A stretch of 64,000 bases of DNA from Pseudolabrys sp. (GTDB taxonomy: Bacteria; Pseudomonadota; Alphaproteobacteria; Rhizobiales; Xanthobacteraceae), in assembly GCA_026125895.1 (NCBI GenBank), contig JAHCKG010000018.1, forward strand, positions 8,231 through 72,230. Direction: 5' to 3'. The notes below the pieces were generated by a model. The model was not told where the DNA came from. It searched no databases and saw only the letters and a list, made by a program, of their open reading frames with translations. The position numbers and the translations under genes are program-made. Each line of letters opens with the position of its first letter. Positions within the stretch are counted from its first letter, which is position 1. This document shows positions 46,902 through 58,073 of the stretch, piece after piece.

Positions 46902-48167
46902 ATGATCCTGCGTGCGGCGCGCGTCGCGGCGTTGACCTTCGGTGCGGCGCTGCCTTTGGCCGGTCGCCTCGTCTGGGCGGCCGGCCGCGGCCGCGAAAGG
47001 CGTCACGCCATCATGGGGCAAAGTCTGGCGCGGCTGCTGTCGCGGCTCGGTCCGACTTACGTGAAGGTCGGGCAGATCCTCGCCACCCGCGCCGATCTGT
47101 TGCCGGTCGCCGTCATCGACCAGTTGCGCGGATTGCAGGATGCCGCGAGCCCGGTCGATCTGGCGGCGATGACGCGCGGACGCGACGCCGAACTCGGTAT
47201 CGATCTGCGCCGGGCGTTGGCCGCGATCGAGGATACGCCCTTCGCCAGCGGCAGCGTTGCCTGTGTCTACCGGGGGCGAACGCAGGACGGCCGCGCCATC
47301 GCGGTGAAGATCCGCCGCCGCGGCGTCGGCGACGTCATCGCGCAGGATGTCGCCTGCATCCGCGCCGCGATGCGCTTTGCCGCGACGTGGCGGCTGTTCC
47401 GCGACGCGCCGGTCGAGGCCGTCGGCGCCGAGGTTTGCGCGGCGCTGGAGCAGCAACTCGATTTCGACCGCGAGCGCGCCATGGCCGAGCGACTTGCCCA
47501 GGGCTTTGCCGGCGAACCGGCGGTCGTGCTGCCGCAGCCGCTGCCCGAACTGTGCGGGCCGGCAGTGCTGACCATGACGCTGATCGACGCCTTCACGCGC
47601 GAGCAGCCGTCCGGCACCGACGACGCGCGGCGCTACGCCGAGGCGGCGCGCGCCGGCCTGCGCGCGCTGTACCGCATGATCTTCGTCGAGGGCGCGATCC
47701 ATTGCGACCTGCATGACGGCAACATCCGCCTCATGGACGACGGCCGCGCCGCCATCGTCGATTTCGGCTTGGTGGTGCCGATGGCGCCCGAGGACCGGTT
47801 GAAGTTTGCCGAATTCTTTTACGCCGTGGCGGTCAATGACGGCCGGCATGCCGCGGACATCACGCTCGATACGGCGATGACGGTGTCGGCAGATCTCGAT
47901 CGCGCCGCCTTCGAGGCCGAGATCGTCGATCTCGTCGGCAGCCTCGGCCGCACGCCGGAAACCTTCAGCGTTTCCGATTTCGTCGTGCGCCTGTTCGACA
48001 TCCAGCGCCGCCATCGCGTGCGCGGCACGCCGAAATTCATCGCCGCGATCCTGTCGCTGTTCGTGTTCGAGGGCATCGTGCGGCAATGGCTGCCGCAGCT
48101 CGATTTCCAGCGCGAGGCGCAGCGCTTCATCTTCATGGGCGCGTTCCCGCGCAGCGCCGCCGCCTGA
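46902..48167 (+). CDS. ABC1/AarF/UbiB family atypical kinase
   Basis: LGPTYVKVGQ (KxGQ), ASGSVA, AVK, HCDLHDGN, DFG. Confidence 0.88.
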   Translation: MILRAARVAALTFGAALPLAGRLVWAAGRGRERRHAIMGQSLARLLSRLGPTYVKVGQILATRADLLPVAVIDQLRGLQDAASPVDLAAMTRGRDAELGIDLRRALAAIEDTPFASGSVACVYRGRTQDGRAIAVKIRRRGVGDVIAQDVACIRAAMRFAATWRLFRDAPVEAVGAEVCAALEQQLDFDRERAMAERLAQGFAGEPAVVLPQPLPELCGPAVLTMTLIDAFTREQPSGTDDARRYAEAARAGLRALYRMIFVEGAIHCDLHDGNIRLMDDGRAAIVDFGLVVPMAPEDRLKFAEFFYAVAVNDGRHAADITLDTAMTVSADLDRAAFEAEIVDLVGSLGRTPETFSVSDFVVRLFDIQRRHRVRGTPKFIAAILSLFVFEGIVRQWLPQLDFQREAQRFIFMGAFPRSAAA

Positions 48168-48183
48168 CTGCGCGGACCAAACG

Positions 48184-48212
48184 AAAACGGCCGGGCGCTG
48201 AGGCCCGGCCGT
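48184..48212 (-). terminator. Intrinsic terminator after ahcY, between convergent genes
   Basis: 10-bp stem acggccgggc/gcccggccgt with a short T-run on the minus strand. Confidence 0.65.
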
Positions 48213-48240
48213 CCATGGTTTCGCGTCGTTCGCGTGACGC

Positions 48241-49653
<1,413 letters not shown>

Positions 49654-49733
49654 ACGCGGTCCTTCCCGGGCAATCCGGTGGGTTGAGGGGTTCGCCGTGC
49701 CTATAACAGGCGGGGCACCGGGCCGCAATGCAT

Positions 49734-49753
49734 ATATAAAGATTTCCTTATAT
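49734..49753. promoter_or_regulatory. Probable SahR-type operator upstream of ahcY
   Basis: Near-palindrome atataaagatttccttatat, resembling the alphaproteobacterial SahR/SAM-cycle motif as I recall it. Confidence 0.6.
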
Positions 49754-49899
49754 TGTCCTTCGTGGGTATTGTGGTGGGTCGGCGCTGGTATCCGATTGGG
49801 GACAAAAGACTTTTTGTTATTTCACATGAAGGTTCCGTTTAAAGCCGGCTTCACTGCTGCAGGGGTACTTGTTGCTCGGGCGGCATTTGGAGGCTGGCA

Positions 49900-50820
49900 A
49901 TGCATCGCCGTCATCAGCAGATCAACATTCCCACCGAGGTCGTGCGGACGCTCGTTGCCATTGCCGACGCCGGCAGTTTCTCCAAAGCCGCCGACCGTCT
50001 GGCGCTCAGCCAGCCGGCGATCAGCGCCCAGATCAAGCGCCTGCAACTCCTGATCGGCGGTTCGATCTTCCAGAAAGTCGCCGGCGGCGGTCTCGACTTC
50101 ACACAACGCGGACGGCTGGTGTTGTCACACGCCCGGCGCCTGCTCGAAGCCAATGATCAGATCCTGTCGCTGGGAGGCGGCGCGCCGGATCATCGCCCGG
50201 TCCGGCTGGGCATCGCCTCGTTCTATGTCGAGCGCTTTCTCGCGGCCTGGCAGGCGGCGGGCGCGCCGCGCGGCTTTCTGTTTCAATGCGACCGCTCCGA
50301 CGACATTTCCCAGGCGCTGAATGAAGGCTTTGCCGATGTCGGCCTCGTCTTCCAGAATCCGCGGCAGATCGACGAACTGGCGGTGTCCTGGCAAGAGGAC
50401 TTTGTGTGGGCGCGCCGCGCCGAATTCGTCCTCAGCCCCGGCGCGCCGATTCCGCTGGTGAGCTGGCCGGGCAACTCCGCCGAACTGCCGGCGATCAACG
50501 CGCTCGAACAGGCCGGCATTTCCTATCGCATCGTGTTTACCAGTGCCGACTTCCGGGCGCGCCGGGCGGCCGTCGCCGCCGGCATCGGTCTGATGGCGCT
50601 GCCTGCCTGGCTGGTGACTTCGCCGCTCATCGTGGCGAATGACTATTACCTGCCGAAGCTGCGGTCGATGCGGGCCGGCATCGCCTTCCGGCGTGGCTTC
50701 GAACCGGAAGCCGCAAAAGAGATCACCGATCTGTTTGCCAAGCTGGCGCCCTTGGACGGCGCCACAAAAACCGCCGAGGCGGGAGCGGGAAAATCCGCGG
50801 GCAAACGAAGTAAATTTTGA
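49900..50820 (+). CDS. LysR family transcriptional regulator
   Basis: GSFSKAA..L.LSQPAIS.QIKRL, T.RG, AGIGL. Confidence 0.92.
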   Translation: MHRRHQQINIPTEVVRTLVAIADAGSFSKAADRLALSQPAISAQIKRLQLLIGGSIFQKVAGGGLDFTQRGRLVLSHARRLLEANDQILSLGGGAPDHRPVRLGIASFYVERFLAAWQAAGAPRGFLFQCDRSDDISQALNEGFADVGLVFQNPRQIDELAVSWQEDFVWARRAEFVLSPGAPIPLVSWPGNSAELPAINALEQAGISYRIVFTSADFRARRAAVAAGIGLMALPAWLVTSPLIVANDYYLPKLRSMRAGIAFRRGFEPEAAKEITDLFAKLAPLDGATKTAEAGAGKSAGKRSKF

Positions 50821-50921
50821 TAACCCATCAAAACTGATGGCGGCATCAAAGGCGATTGGCATTCAAGAACTTTGGCCGTTTGATTCAGCGATGCTCAAGG
50901 CGCCGGTGCAATCATCGGCGC

Positions 50922-51356
50922 ATGGCAGACAAGACCACACACACGTTTTTGTTCGTGGCTGATCGGCGCGGCGCCGCCGCCGTCGAATTCGCCATCATCA
51001 TCCCCGTATTCGTCATGCTGCTGATCGGCATCTTCGCCTATGGCAGTTATCTGTCGGTCGTTCACGGCGTGCAGCAATTGACGGCGGAAGCCGCGCGCGC
51101 CTCGATCGCGGGCGTGACCGATGCCGAGCGCGTCTCGCTGGCGCAATCCAACATCTCCAGCAATATCGGCGGCTATCCGTTCCTCACGGCGAACGACCTC
51201 GTCGTGCAGTCGGCCGCCACCAACGGCGCCGGCACCTTCTCGGTCACGGTCCGATACAACGCCGCCGACATGTTCATCTTCAATTTGCCGAGCCTGATCC
51301 CGATGCCGTCGCCGGTCATCGTGCGGACGGCGGCAATCCAGCGCGGCGGCTATTAG
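50922..51356 (+). CDS. TadE-like pseudopilin
   Basis: RGAAAVEFAII prepilin motif, EAAR. Confidence 0.85.
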   Translation: MADKTTHTFLFVADRRGAAAVEFAIIIPVFVMLLIGIFAYGSYLSVVHGVQQLTAEAARASIAGVTDAERVSLAQSNISSNIGGYPFLTANDLVVQSAATNGAGTFSVTVRYNAADMFIFNLPSLIPMPSPVIVRTAAIQRGGY

Positions 51357-51365
51357 GAGCAGGAC

Positions 51366-53027
51366 ATGGTGCGCATGCTCAAGGCGTTCGCGGTTGACCG
51401 GCGCGGCGCCGTCGCCATCACCTCGGCCTTGCTGATGACGGCGCTGATCGGCTTTGCCGCGCTGGGCGTCGATGTCGGCTCGATCTATACCGACCGGCGC
51501 AAGGCGCAGAGCGTCGCCGACCTCGCCGCGCTGGCCGCGGTCGCCAACCTGACCAATGCCGACAAAGCCGCCGCCGCGACGGTCGCCAGCAACAAGCTGA
51601 TGAATCCGTCCTACACGCTGCAATATGGCGTCTACACCGCCGATCCTGCCGTCGCGCCTGAGAACCGCTTCGCGCCGTCGAGTGCGGCGAGCGCCAATGC
51701 AGCGCGCGTCGTGCTCAATACCGCGACGCCCTTGTTCTTCGCCCGCGTCGTCACGGGGAAGGACACCTTCGCCATCAGCAGCACCGCCACGGCGGCGCAG
51801 AGTTCATTTGTCAATTTCGCCATCGGCTCGCGGCTGCTGCAGGTCGATGGCGGCCTGCTCAACGCGGTGCTCGGCGCGATGCTCGGCACCAGCCTGTCGC
51901 TGTCGGCGATGGACTACAACGCGCTGCTGTCGGCCAAACTCGACGCCTTCAGCTTTATCAACGCGCTGGCGACCCGCTTGCAGATCACCGCGGGCACCTA
52001 TGATTCCCTGCTCAGTTCCGATGTCCGGATCGGCGATATCGTCGCCTCGATGATCGACACGGCCAGAGGTCAGTACGGCGGTCTCAGTCCCGCCGTCAGC
52101 GCGCTCACCAGCGTGCAGCAATCGATCCAGGGCATCACGACCAAGATCGGCGTGCGCTCGATGATCGACCTCGGCCCTTATGACAGCATGGCGGTGGGCA
52201 CGCGGCCGCAAGCTTCGGCCTCGCTTGCAGCCTATGACATGCTTTCGGCCATGGCTCAGATGGCCAACGGCGACAGCCAGGTGGCGGTGGCGCTCAATGT
52301 TTCGGTGCCGGGCATCGCCGCGGCGACGCTGAAAGTGAAAGTCGGCGAGCGGCCGCAAGGCACGAGCTGGGTGACCTTCGGCAGCACCGGCGCCACCGTG
52401 CATACGGCGCAGACGCGGCTTCTGCTCACCGTGCAGCTTGCCGGCACGGGGGCTTACCCGGTGATATCGCTGCCGATCTATATCGAGATCGCCTCGGGCA
52501 CGGCGACGTTGTCGGCGATCAGTTGCGGCATTCCCGACATCTCGACCTCCACCGCGACATTGTCGGTACGGCCCGGCCTCATCGACGCCTGGATCGGCCA
52601 GGTGTCCTCGGGCGATTTCACCAATACCTCGCGCGCGGTCGATCCCGATCCGGCAACGATCGTCAACGCCGGAGGCTTGCGCGTGACCGCCAGTTCCCGT
52701 GTCAGCGTCAGCAACATGTCGGCGACGCCGGTGACGTTTTCCTACAGCGATATCCTGAACCAGACCAAGAAGACGGTCGGCACCACGAGCTACGCCACGT
52801 CGCTGGTGTCGAGCCTGATCGGCAGCACCAATCTCGGCGTCAATGCCTTCGGCTTCGGCCTGAGCGCGCCGCTGATTGCCGCCGGCGTGCGGACTGTGCT
52901 GACGACGGCGACGAGCCCGATCGACCAGTTGCTGGCGTCGCTGCTGCAAACACTGGGCGTCGGGCTCGGTCAGGCCGATGTGTGGATGTCCGGCATCCGC
53001 TGCGATGGCGGCGTCCTGGTGCTGTAG
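51366..53027 (+). CDS. TadG-like pilus assembly protein (DUF2134-type)
   Basis: RGAVAI, VDVG, Q..ADLAALA, NAARV, TAQTRL, LGVGLG.ADV. Confidence 0.85.
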   Translation: MVRMLKAFAVDRRGAVAITSALLMTALIGFAALGVDVGSIYTDRRKAQSVADLAALAAVANLTNADKAAAATVASNKLMNPSYTLQYGVYTADPAVAPENRFAPSSAASANAARVVLNTATPLFFARVVTGKDTFAISSTATAAQSSFVNFAIGSRLLQVDGGLLNAVLGAMLGTSLSLSAMDYNALLSAKLDAFSFINALATRLQITAGTYDSLLSSDVRIGDIVASMIDTARGQYGGLSPAVSALTSVQQSIQGITTKIGVRSMIDLGPYDSMAVGTRPQASASLAAYDMLSAMAQMANGDSQVAVALNVSVPGIAAATLKVKVGERPQGTSWVTFGSTGATVHTAQTRLLLTVQLAGTGAYPVISLPIYIEIASGTATLSAISCGIPDISTSTATLSVRPGLIDAWIGQVSSGDFTNTSRAVDPDPATIVNAGGLRVTASSRVSVSNMSATPVTFSYSDILNQTKKTVGTTSYATSLVSSLIGSTNLGVNAFGFGLSAPLIAAGVRTVLTTATSPIDQLLASLLQTLGVGLGQADVWMSGIRCDGGVLVL

Positions 53028-53095
53028 CCGCCGCCTTGCTTGCGTGACGGCCGGTGGCTGTGATCCAGTGCCGCGGGGGCTCGCAGGACGCAGGC

Positions 53096-53575
53096 ATGAC
53101 CACGCTCTACGATTTCAGCGCGCGCGATATCGAAGGCCGCGACGTGACGCTCGAGCGCTTCCGCGGCCAGGTTTTGCTCGTCGTGAACACCGCCAGCCAG
53201 TGCGGCTTCACCAAGCAGTATGCCGGGCTCGAGGAACTCTATGAGAATCTGCACGAGCGCGGCTTCAGCGTGCTCGGCTTCCCGTGCAATCAGTTCGGCG
53301 GGCAGGAGCCGGGCGACGAGGCCGAGATCGCCAGTTTCTGCAACCTGAACTATGGCGTCCGCTTTCCGATGTTCGCCAAGATCGACGTCAACGGCGCGGA
53401 AGCGCATCCGCTCTATCGCTGGCTCAAGAATGAGGCCAAGGGGCTGCTCGGCAGCGAGGCGATCAAGTGGAATTTCACCAAGTTCCTGATCGATCGCGCC
53501 GGTCAGGTCGTCGATCGCTTTGCGCCGACGACGGAGCCGGCCGCACTTCGCGAGCGGATCGAGAAGCTGCTGTAG
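53096..53575 (+). CDS. Glutathione peroxidase family protein (Cys type)
   Basis: [33 protein letters not shown]. Confidence 0.95.
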   Translation: MTTLYDFSARDIEGRDVTLERFRGQVLLVVNTASQCGFTKQYAGLEELYENLHERGFSVLGFPCNQFGGQEPGDEAEIASFCNLNYGVRFPMFAKIDVNGAEAHPLYRWLKNEAKGLLGSEAIKWNFTKFLIDRAGQVVDRFAPTTEPAALRERIEKLL

Positions 53576-53602
53576 AGAACGGAGGGCGGGCCTTCGCGGC
53601 CG

Positions 53603-53914
53603 CTACTCTTCTTCGCCGAAGCGGTCTGACACCAGGGCGCAGAGATCATCGATGGCGGCCTTGGCGTCCTTGCCGGTCGCCTTGATGGTGACCTTCGAGC
53701 CGGGGCCGGCGGCGAGCATCATCAGCCCCATGATCGAGGTCGCGCCGACAGTTTCGCCGCGGCAGGTGACGATGATGGCAGCGTCAAATTTTTCGGCATG
53801 CTGCACGAATTTGGCCGAAGCCCGGGCATGCAGGCCCTTCTTGTTGACGATCTCGACTTCGCGGCTGACGCCGGTACCGTGCGGGTCGGGAGCGTCGCTA
53901 CGCGGCAACGTCAT
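53603..53914 (-). CDS. ptsH: HPr/NPr phosphocarrier
   Basis: NKKGLHARAS, SIMGLMML. Confidence 0.93.
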   Translation of the reverse strand: MTLPRSDAPDPHGTGVSREVEIVNKKGLHARASAKFVQHAEKFDAAIIVTCRGETVGATSIMGLMMLAAGPGSKVTIKATGKDAKAAIDDLCALVSDRFGEEE

Positions 53915-54312
53915 TTGCCGTTGAGCACGCGGCTGGCGATGGTGCAGTACTTGCGGCCGGCTTCCTGGGCGGCGGCGACGGCGTCCTCGAGCGGACAGGT
54001 CTCGCGCACCTTGGCGAGCTTGATCAGCATCGGCAGATTGATACCGGCGAGCACCTCGACCTTGGGCTGGCTCATGACCGAGATGGCGAGGTTTGACGGC
54101 GTGCCGCCGAACATGTCGGTGAGGATGGCGACGCCTTCGCCGGAATCCACGCGCTTGACGGCGTCAAGGATGTCCATGCGGCATTGCTCCGCATCGTCGT
54201 CGGGGCCAATGGTAACAGCCTCGATCTGGGTTTGCGGACCCACAACGTGCTCAAGCGCGGAGCGAAACTCGGTGGCGAGCCGCCCGTGGGTCACTAATAC
54301 GAGGCCGATCAT
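53911..54312 (-). CDS. PTS EIIA, mannose/fructose family (ManX-like)
   Basis: MIGLVLVTHG, LTDMFGGTPSN, GINLPML. Confidence 0.93.
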   Translation of the reverse strand: MIGLVLVTHGRLATEFRSALEHVVGPQTQIEAVTIGPDDDAEQCRMDILDAVKRVDSGEGVAILTDMFGGTPSNLAISVMSQPKVEVLAGINLPMLIKLAKVRETCPLEDAVAAAQEAGRKYCTIASRVLNGK

Positions 54313-54574
54313 TCCGAACTCCTCGCGGGCGCCTTGTTGATGTTGTTGCGCCGCACGAATGGGGGCGCATTGAGGCGCATCCGAAGCCCGCTGGCAAGGG
54401 CTTGACTCGCTATATAAGCGCTCTGCTGCAACGCGGAAAGGCGGTGTCAAGAGCAGGCTCTATCTAGGGTTTCGGGCCGAACGAACGCTATGCCCGATAT
54501 GGTTAATTTTTCTTAACGGAACGTGGGGTGGGGGCGTAGCGCAGGCCGATTTCGGGGTCAATTGTCGGGGCGGC

Positions 54575-55036
54575 CTATCCCCCGGTCGCGGCTGTGGACG
54601 CCTGCCAGGCTCGGATCAGAGTTACCGCATCGGCCTGCGGTGCGACGGCAAGCCGCGGCAATTCGATGCCCAAAATGGTGGTCCGATCGGCCCCGGCCGG
54701 CGGCAGGCGCTCGGCGTCGCCGGCGGCAAGGTCGATGACCAGGCCGACCACGGCGGCCGGCTCAAAGGGCAGGCGCCGGATGCCGAGGCCGCGGATCTCG
54801 ATCAGCCCGGCCAGCGCCGGCGCCGGACGCACCAGCAGGCGGCCGTGGCGCGGCTCGAGGACGGCGCGGTCGTCCGCCACCAGGCGCGCGAATGGTAAAC
54901 CGCCGCGGCCCGCGAGCCCGATCAGATCGAAGGCGAGCCGCGACTTGCCGGCGCCGGACGGCCCGCGGATCAGCGCGGCATGGGCGCCGATGAGGACGGC
55001 CGAGGCGTGGGTGGTGGGGAGGCTGTCTATGGCCAT
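54575..55036 (-). CDS. hprK: Short HPr kinase/phosphorylase (C-terminal domain only)
   Basis: HASAV, GPSGAGKS, LVADD, GLIEIRGLGI; synteny. Confidence 0.88.
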   Translation of the reverse strand: MAIDSLPTTHASAVLIGAHAALIRGPSGAGKSRLAFDLIGLAGRGGLPFARLVADDRAVLEPRHGRLLVRPAPALAGLIEIRGLGIRRLPFEPAAVVGLVIDLAAGDAERLPPAGADRTTILGIELPRLAVAPQADAVTLIRAWQASTAATGG

Positions 55037-55052
55037 GGCACTCAGTATAGCG

Positions 55053-55170
55053 CCGTCACCCTGAGGTGCGCGCCTCTTGGCGCGCCTCGAAGGGCGACGG
55101 GCAATGATTCCCGGGCCGTCGTCCTTCGAGGCTCGCGCGCGTATGCGCGCTCGCACCTCAGGATGACGGG
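55053..55170. repeat. REP-like doublet, family C, without cargo
   Basis: Left arm 55053-55100, 15-bp spacer, right arm 55116-55170; arms match those flanking the GIY-YIG gene. Confidence 0.92.
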
Positions 55171-55215
55171 TTTGATACGCGATGAGCGGAGTTTTCGGGT
55201 GCCTCCGGATGAAAT

Positions 55216-57033
55216 CTACTTCGCCGGCAGGCGCACGATGAACCTGGCGCCGAGGATGCGCGGTTCGTCTTCGCCGGTCGTCTCGTTCTTGCGCGTGCCG
55301 GAGCCGATGCGGTTCTCGACCCAGATGCGGCCGCCATGCGCTTCGACGATCTGCTTGGAGATCGACAGGCCGAGGCCCGAGTTCTGGCCGAAGCCCTGAT
55401 GCGGTCGGTCGGTGTAGAAGCGCTCGAACACCTTCTGCAAAGCGTCGGGACGGATGCCGGGGCCGTCGTCATCGACGAGGACTTCGACCTCGCTCTTCAG
55501 CCGGCGGCAGGTGACGCGCACGGTGCCGCCTTCCGGCGAGAACGAACGCGCATTGTCGATCAGGTTCGACACCACTTGGCCGAGCCGCGAGTCATGGCCC
55601 GGCATCCTGAACTGCGACGGCTGGCCGCCTTCGAAGGTCAGCGTCACCCTGACGTTGTTCTTGTCCACTTCGTTTGCCGCCGACACCAGCGCGTCGAGCA
55701 GTTTGGCGAAATCGACGATCGCCACTTCATGGCGCTGCAATTCGGCGTCGAGACGGCTGGCATCGGAGATGTCGGAGATCAGCCGGTCGAGACGGCGGAT
55801 GTCGTGGGCGATGACGTCGAGCAACCGCTTGCGGTTGGTGTCGGTCTTGGCCATCGGCAGCGTCTCGACGGCGGAGCGCAGCGACGTCAATGGGTTCTTC
55901 AATTCATGCGACACGTCGGCAGCGAAGCTCTCGATCGCCTCGATGCGGCTGTACAGCGCATTGGTCATGTCGCGCAGCGCGCCGGACAGTTCGCCGATCT
56001 CGTCGCGGCGGCCGGTGAAATCCGGGATCTCGACGCGCGTCTTGATGCGGCGGCGCACGCGCTCGGCGGCATCGGCGAGGCGGCGCACCGGACCGGCGAT
56101 GGTGCCGGCGAGCAGAATCGACAGCACCACCATGACGCCGGCGGCGACGAGGAACACCTTGACGATGGCGAGGCGCTCGGCCTCCACCATGTCGTCGATG
56201 TCGGCGCCTTGCGTCGACAGCATCAGCGCGCCGCGCACGGCGCGGAAGCGCTGCACCGGCACGGCGACCGAGACGATGACCTCGCCGCGGTCGTTGACGC
56301 GCACCATGCTGGCGTGATGGCCGGACAGCGCGTCGGCGACTTCCTGATAGCTCTTGCCGTTTTCCGGACCGAGCTCCTTGTACAGCGGCAGGTCGCCACG
56401 GCCGAGCCAGCGGCGCAGCGCGATGAAGCCGCGCTCCATCAGGCTCGGCTGCTCGGCGGTCGGCGAGGGCAGGTCGAAACGCAGCACGTCGCCGCGACCG
56501 TAGAGATTGCGGCTGTCGAGGATGAGCACGCCCTCGCGATCGTAGATGCGGGCGCGCGTCTTGGTCGGCGACACCAGGCGGCGCAACACCGGCGCGACGC
56601 GTTCGGGATTGATCGGGAATTCGATGCCGGAGAGCGAGTCGTCCGGGCCGTAGCTTTCGCCGGCCTGCAATTCCAGCAGGCGGTCGGGATCGATGGTGAC
56701 GGCGTCGCTCTCGACGGTGGCGGAGGCCGCGATGGCGCCGGCGATGATCTCGCTCTGCACCAGCAGGCTCTGCACGCGCGCGTCGATCAGGCCGGCGCGG
56801 AATTGCGACAGATACATCTGGCCGACGAGGAGCGCGACGAGGCCGGCGAGATTGAGGAAGACGATGCGGCGCGTGAGGCTGGAGAAGCTCAGCGTGATGA
56901 AGGCGCCCCAGGCCGAGCGCACGAAGCGCATCGGATTCCAGTCGCGCCTCTTCGCGTTACCGGCTTCGGCCGCCGTTTCGCTGTCGACCGTCTCGGCCTC
57001 GCGCGCTTGCTGCTCTGCGGTTCGATCGAGCAC
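55216..57033 (-). CDS. chvG: Sensor histidine kinase ChvG/ExoS
   Basis: SSLTRRI, EFPINPE.VAP.LRRL, DVSHELKNPLTS, FERFYTDRP, NSGLGLSIS; GTG start chosen. Confidence 0.95.
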   Translation of the reverse strand: MLDRTAEQQAREAETVDSETAAEAGNAKRRDWNPMRFVRSAWGAFITLSFSSLTRRIVFLNLAGLVALLVGQMYLSQFRAGLIDARVQSLLVQSEIIAGAIAASATVESDAVTIDPDRLLELQAGESYGPDDSLSGIEFPINPERVAPVLRRLVSPTKTRARIYDREGVLILDSRNLYGRGDVLRFDLPSPTAEQPSLMERGFIALRRWLGRGDLPLYKELGPENGKSYQEVADALSGHHASMVRVNDRGEVIVSVAVPVQRFRAVRGALMLSTQGADIDDMVEAERLAIVKVFLVAAGVMVVLSILLAGTIAGPVRRLADAAERVRRRIKTRVEIPDFTGRRDEIGELSGALRDMTNALYSRIEAIESFAADVSHELKNPLTSLRSAVETLPMAKTDTNRKRLLDVIAHDIRRLDRLISDISDASRLDAELQRHEVAIVDFAKLLDALVSAANEVDKNNVRVTLTFEGGQPSQFRMPGHDSRLGQVVSNLIDNARSFSPEGGTVRVTCRRLKSEVEVLVDDDGPGIRPDALQKVFERFYTDRPHQGFGQNSGLGLSISKQIVEAHGGRIWVENRIGSGTRKNETTGEDEPRILGARFIVRLPAK

Positions 57034-57091
57034 GATGAGTGGTCCGAATGGCGTTGCGATCAATATGACCGTGCCCGGCTACTCGGTCTAT

Positions 57092-57189
57092 TCCCTCCCC
57101 CCTTGTGGGGGAGGGTTAGGGAGGGGGGTGATGGCGTTGCACACCATCATCACCCCCACCCCCAACCCCTCCCCACAAGGGGGAGGGGA
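57092..57189. repeat. C/G-run palindromic element, family E
   Basis: ccctccccccttgtgggggagggttagggagggggg...cccccacccccaacccctccccacaagggggagggga between chvI and chvG. Confidence 0.85.
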
Positions 57190-57218
57190 GCCGTCAGAGT
57201 ACGCTGCTCTCTCGAGCG

Positions 57219-57917
57219 CTATTCCTTGAAACGATACCCCACGCCATACAGCGTTTCGATCATCTCGAAGTCGTCGTCGACGACCTTGAACTTCTTGCGC
57301 AGGCGCTTGATGTGGCTGTCGATGGTGCGGTCGTCGACGTAGACCTGGTCGTCGTAGGCGGCGTCCATCAGCGCGTTGCGGCTCTTCACCACGCCGGGGC
57401 GGGTGGCGAGCGCCTGCAGGATGAGGAATTCGGTGACGGTGAGCGTCACCGGCTCGCCCTTCCAGGTGCAGGTGTGGCGCTCCGGATCCATGCGCAGCAG
57501 GCCGCGCTCGAGGACCTTTGTGGTGTCGATTTCCTTCGGCGCGGTGCCGTCCTTCGGCGTCGCGCGGCGCAGCACCGCCTTGACGCGCTCGACCAGCAGG
57601 CGCTGCGAGAACGGTTTGCGGATGAAGTCGTCGGCGCCCATCTTGAGGCCGAACAGCTCGTCGATTTCCTCGTCCTTGGAGGTAAGGAAGATGACGGGAA
57701 CGTCGGACTTCTGGCGCAGGCGGCGCAACGTCTCCATGCCGTCCATGCGCGGCATCTTGATGTCGAGGATGGCGAGGTCCGGCGGCGAGGTCTTGAACCC
57801 GTCGATGGCGGAGGCGCCGTCGGTGTAGGTCATGATGCGATAGCCTTCGGCCTCGAGTGCCATGGACACCGAGGTCAGGATATTGCGGTCATCGTCCACG
57901 AGCGCGATGGTTGGCAT
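57219..57917 (-). CDS. chvI: Response regulator ChvI
   Basis: [36 protein letters not shown]. Confidence 0.97.
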   Translation of the reverse strand: MPTIALVDDDRNILTSVSMALEAEGYRIMTYTDGASAIDGFKTSPPDLAILDIKMPRMDGMETLRRLRQKSDVPVIFLTSKDEEIDELFGLKMGADDFIRKPFSQRLLVERVKAVLRRATPKDGTAPKEIDTTKVLERGLLRMDPERHTCTWKGEPVTLTVTEFLILQALATRPGVVKSRNALMDAAYDDQVYVDDRTIDSHIKRLRKKFKVVDDDFEMIETLYGVGYRFKE

Positions 57918-58073
57918 AAAAGCCCCTTCTGACGGTGTCGTCCCGCGAGCGTTGAAGCCTGCAAACAGGGTACGAATTGTGGCCTCTTTGCAACAACTAT
58001 GTGATTCTGGGCCGGTTACAAGGGTAAAAGGCTGGAATTACGCCCGAATCCAGGGGCGGAAAGGAATACAGAC

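Noticed and set aside
49654-49899. SAH or SAM riboswitch upstream of ahcY
   Set aside because: No recognisable aptamer core; an AT-rich protein-binding palindrome explains the region better.
50922-53027. Orphan tadE-tadG pair as a new secretion system
   Set aside because: Pseudopilin pairs detached from the main tad/cpa locus are common in Alphaproteobacteria.
53096-53575. Selenocysteine glutathione peroxidase
   Set aside because: The active-site codon is TGC (Cys) and there is no in-frame TGA.
54575-55036. Truncated hprK as a pseudogene
   Set aside because: The short C-terminal-only form is normal in the alphaproteobacterial chvIG-hprK-EIIA-HPr locus, and the Walker A motif is intact.
57092-57189. 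G-quadruplex regulatory element between chvI and chvG
   Set aside because: The G-runs are matched by complementary C-runs that form a hairpin, typical of a dispersed repeat, so duplex pairing is the simpler explanation.
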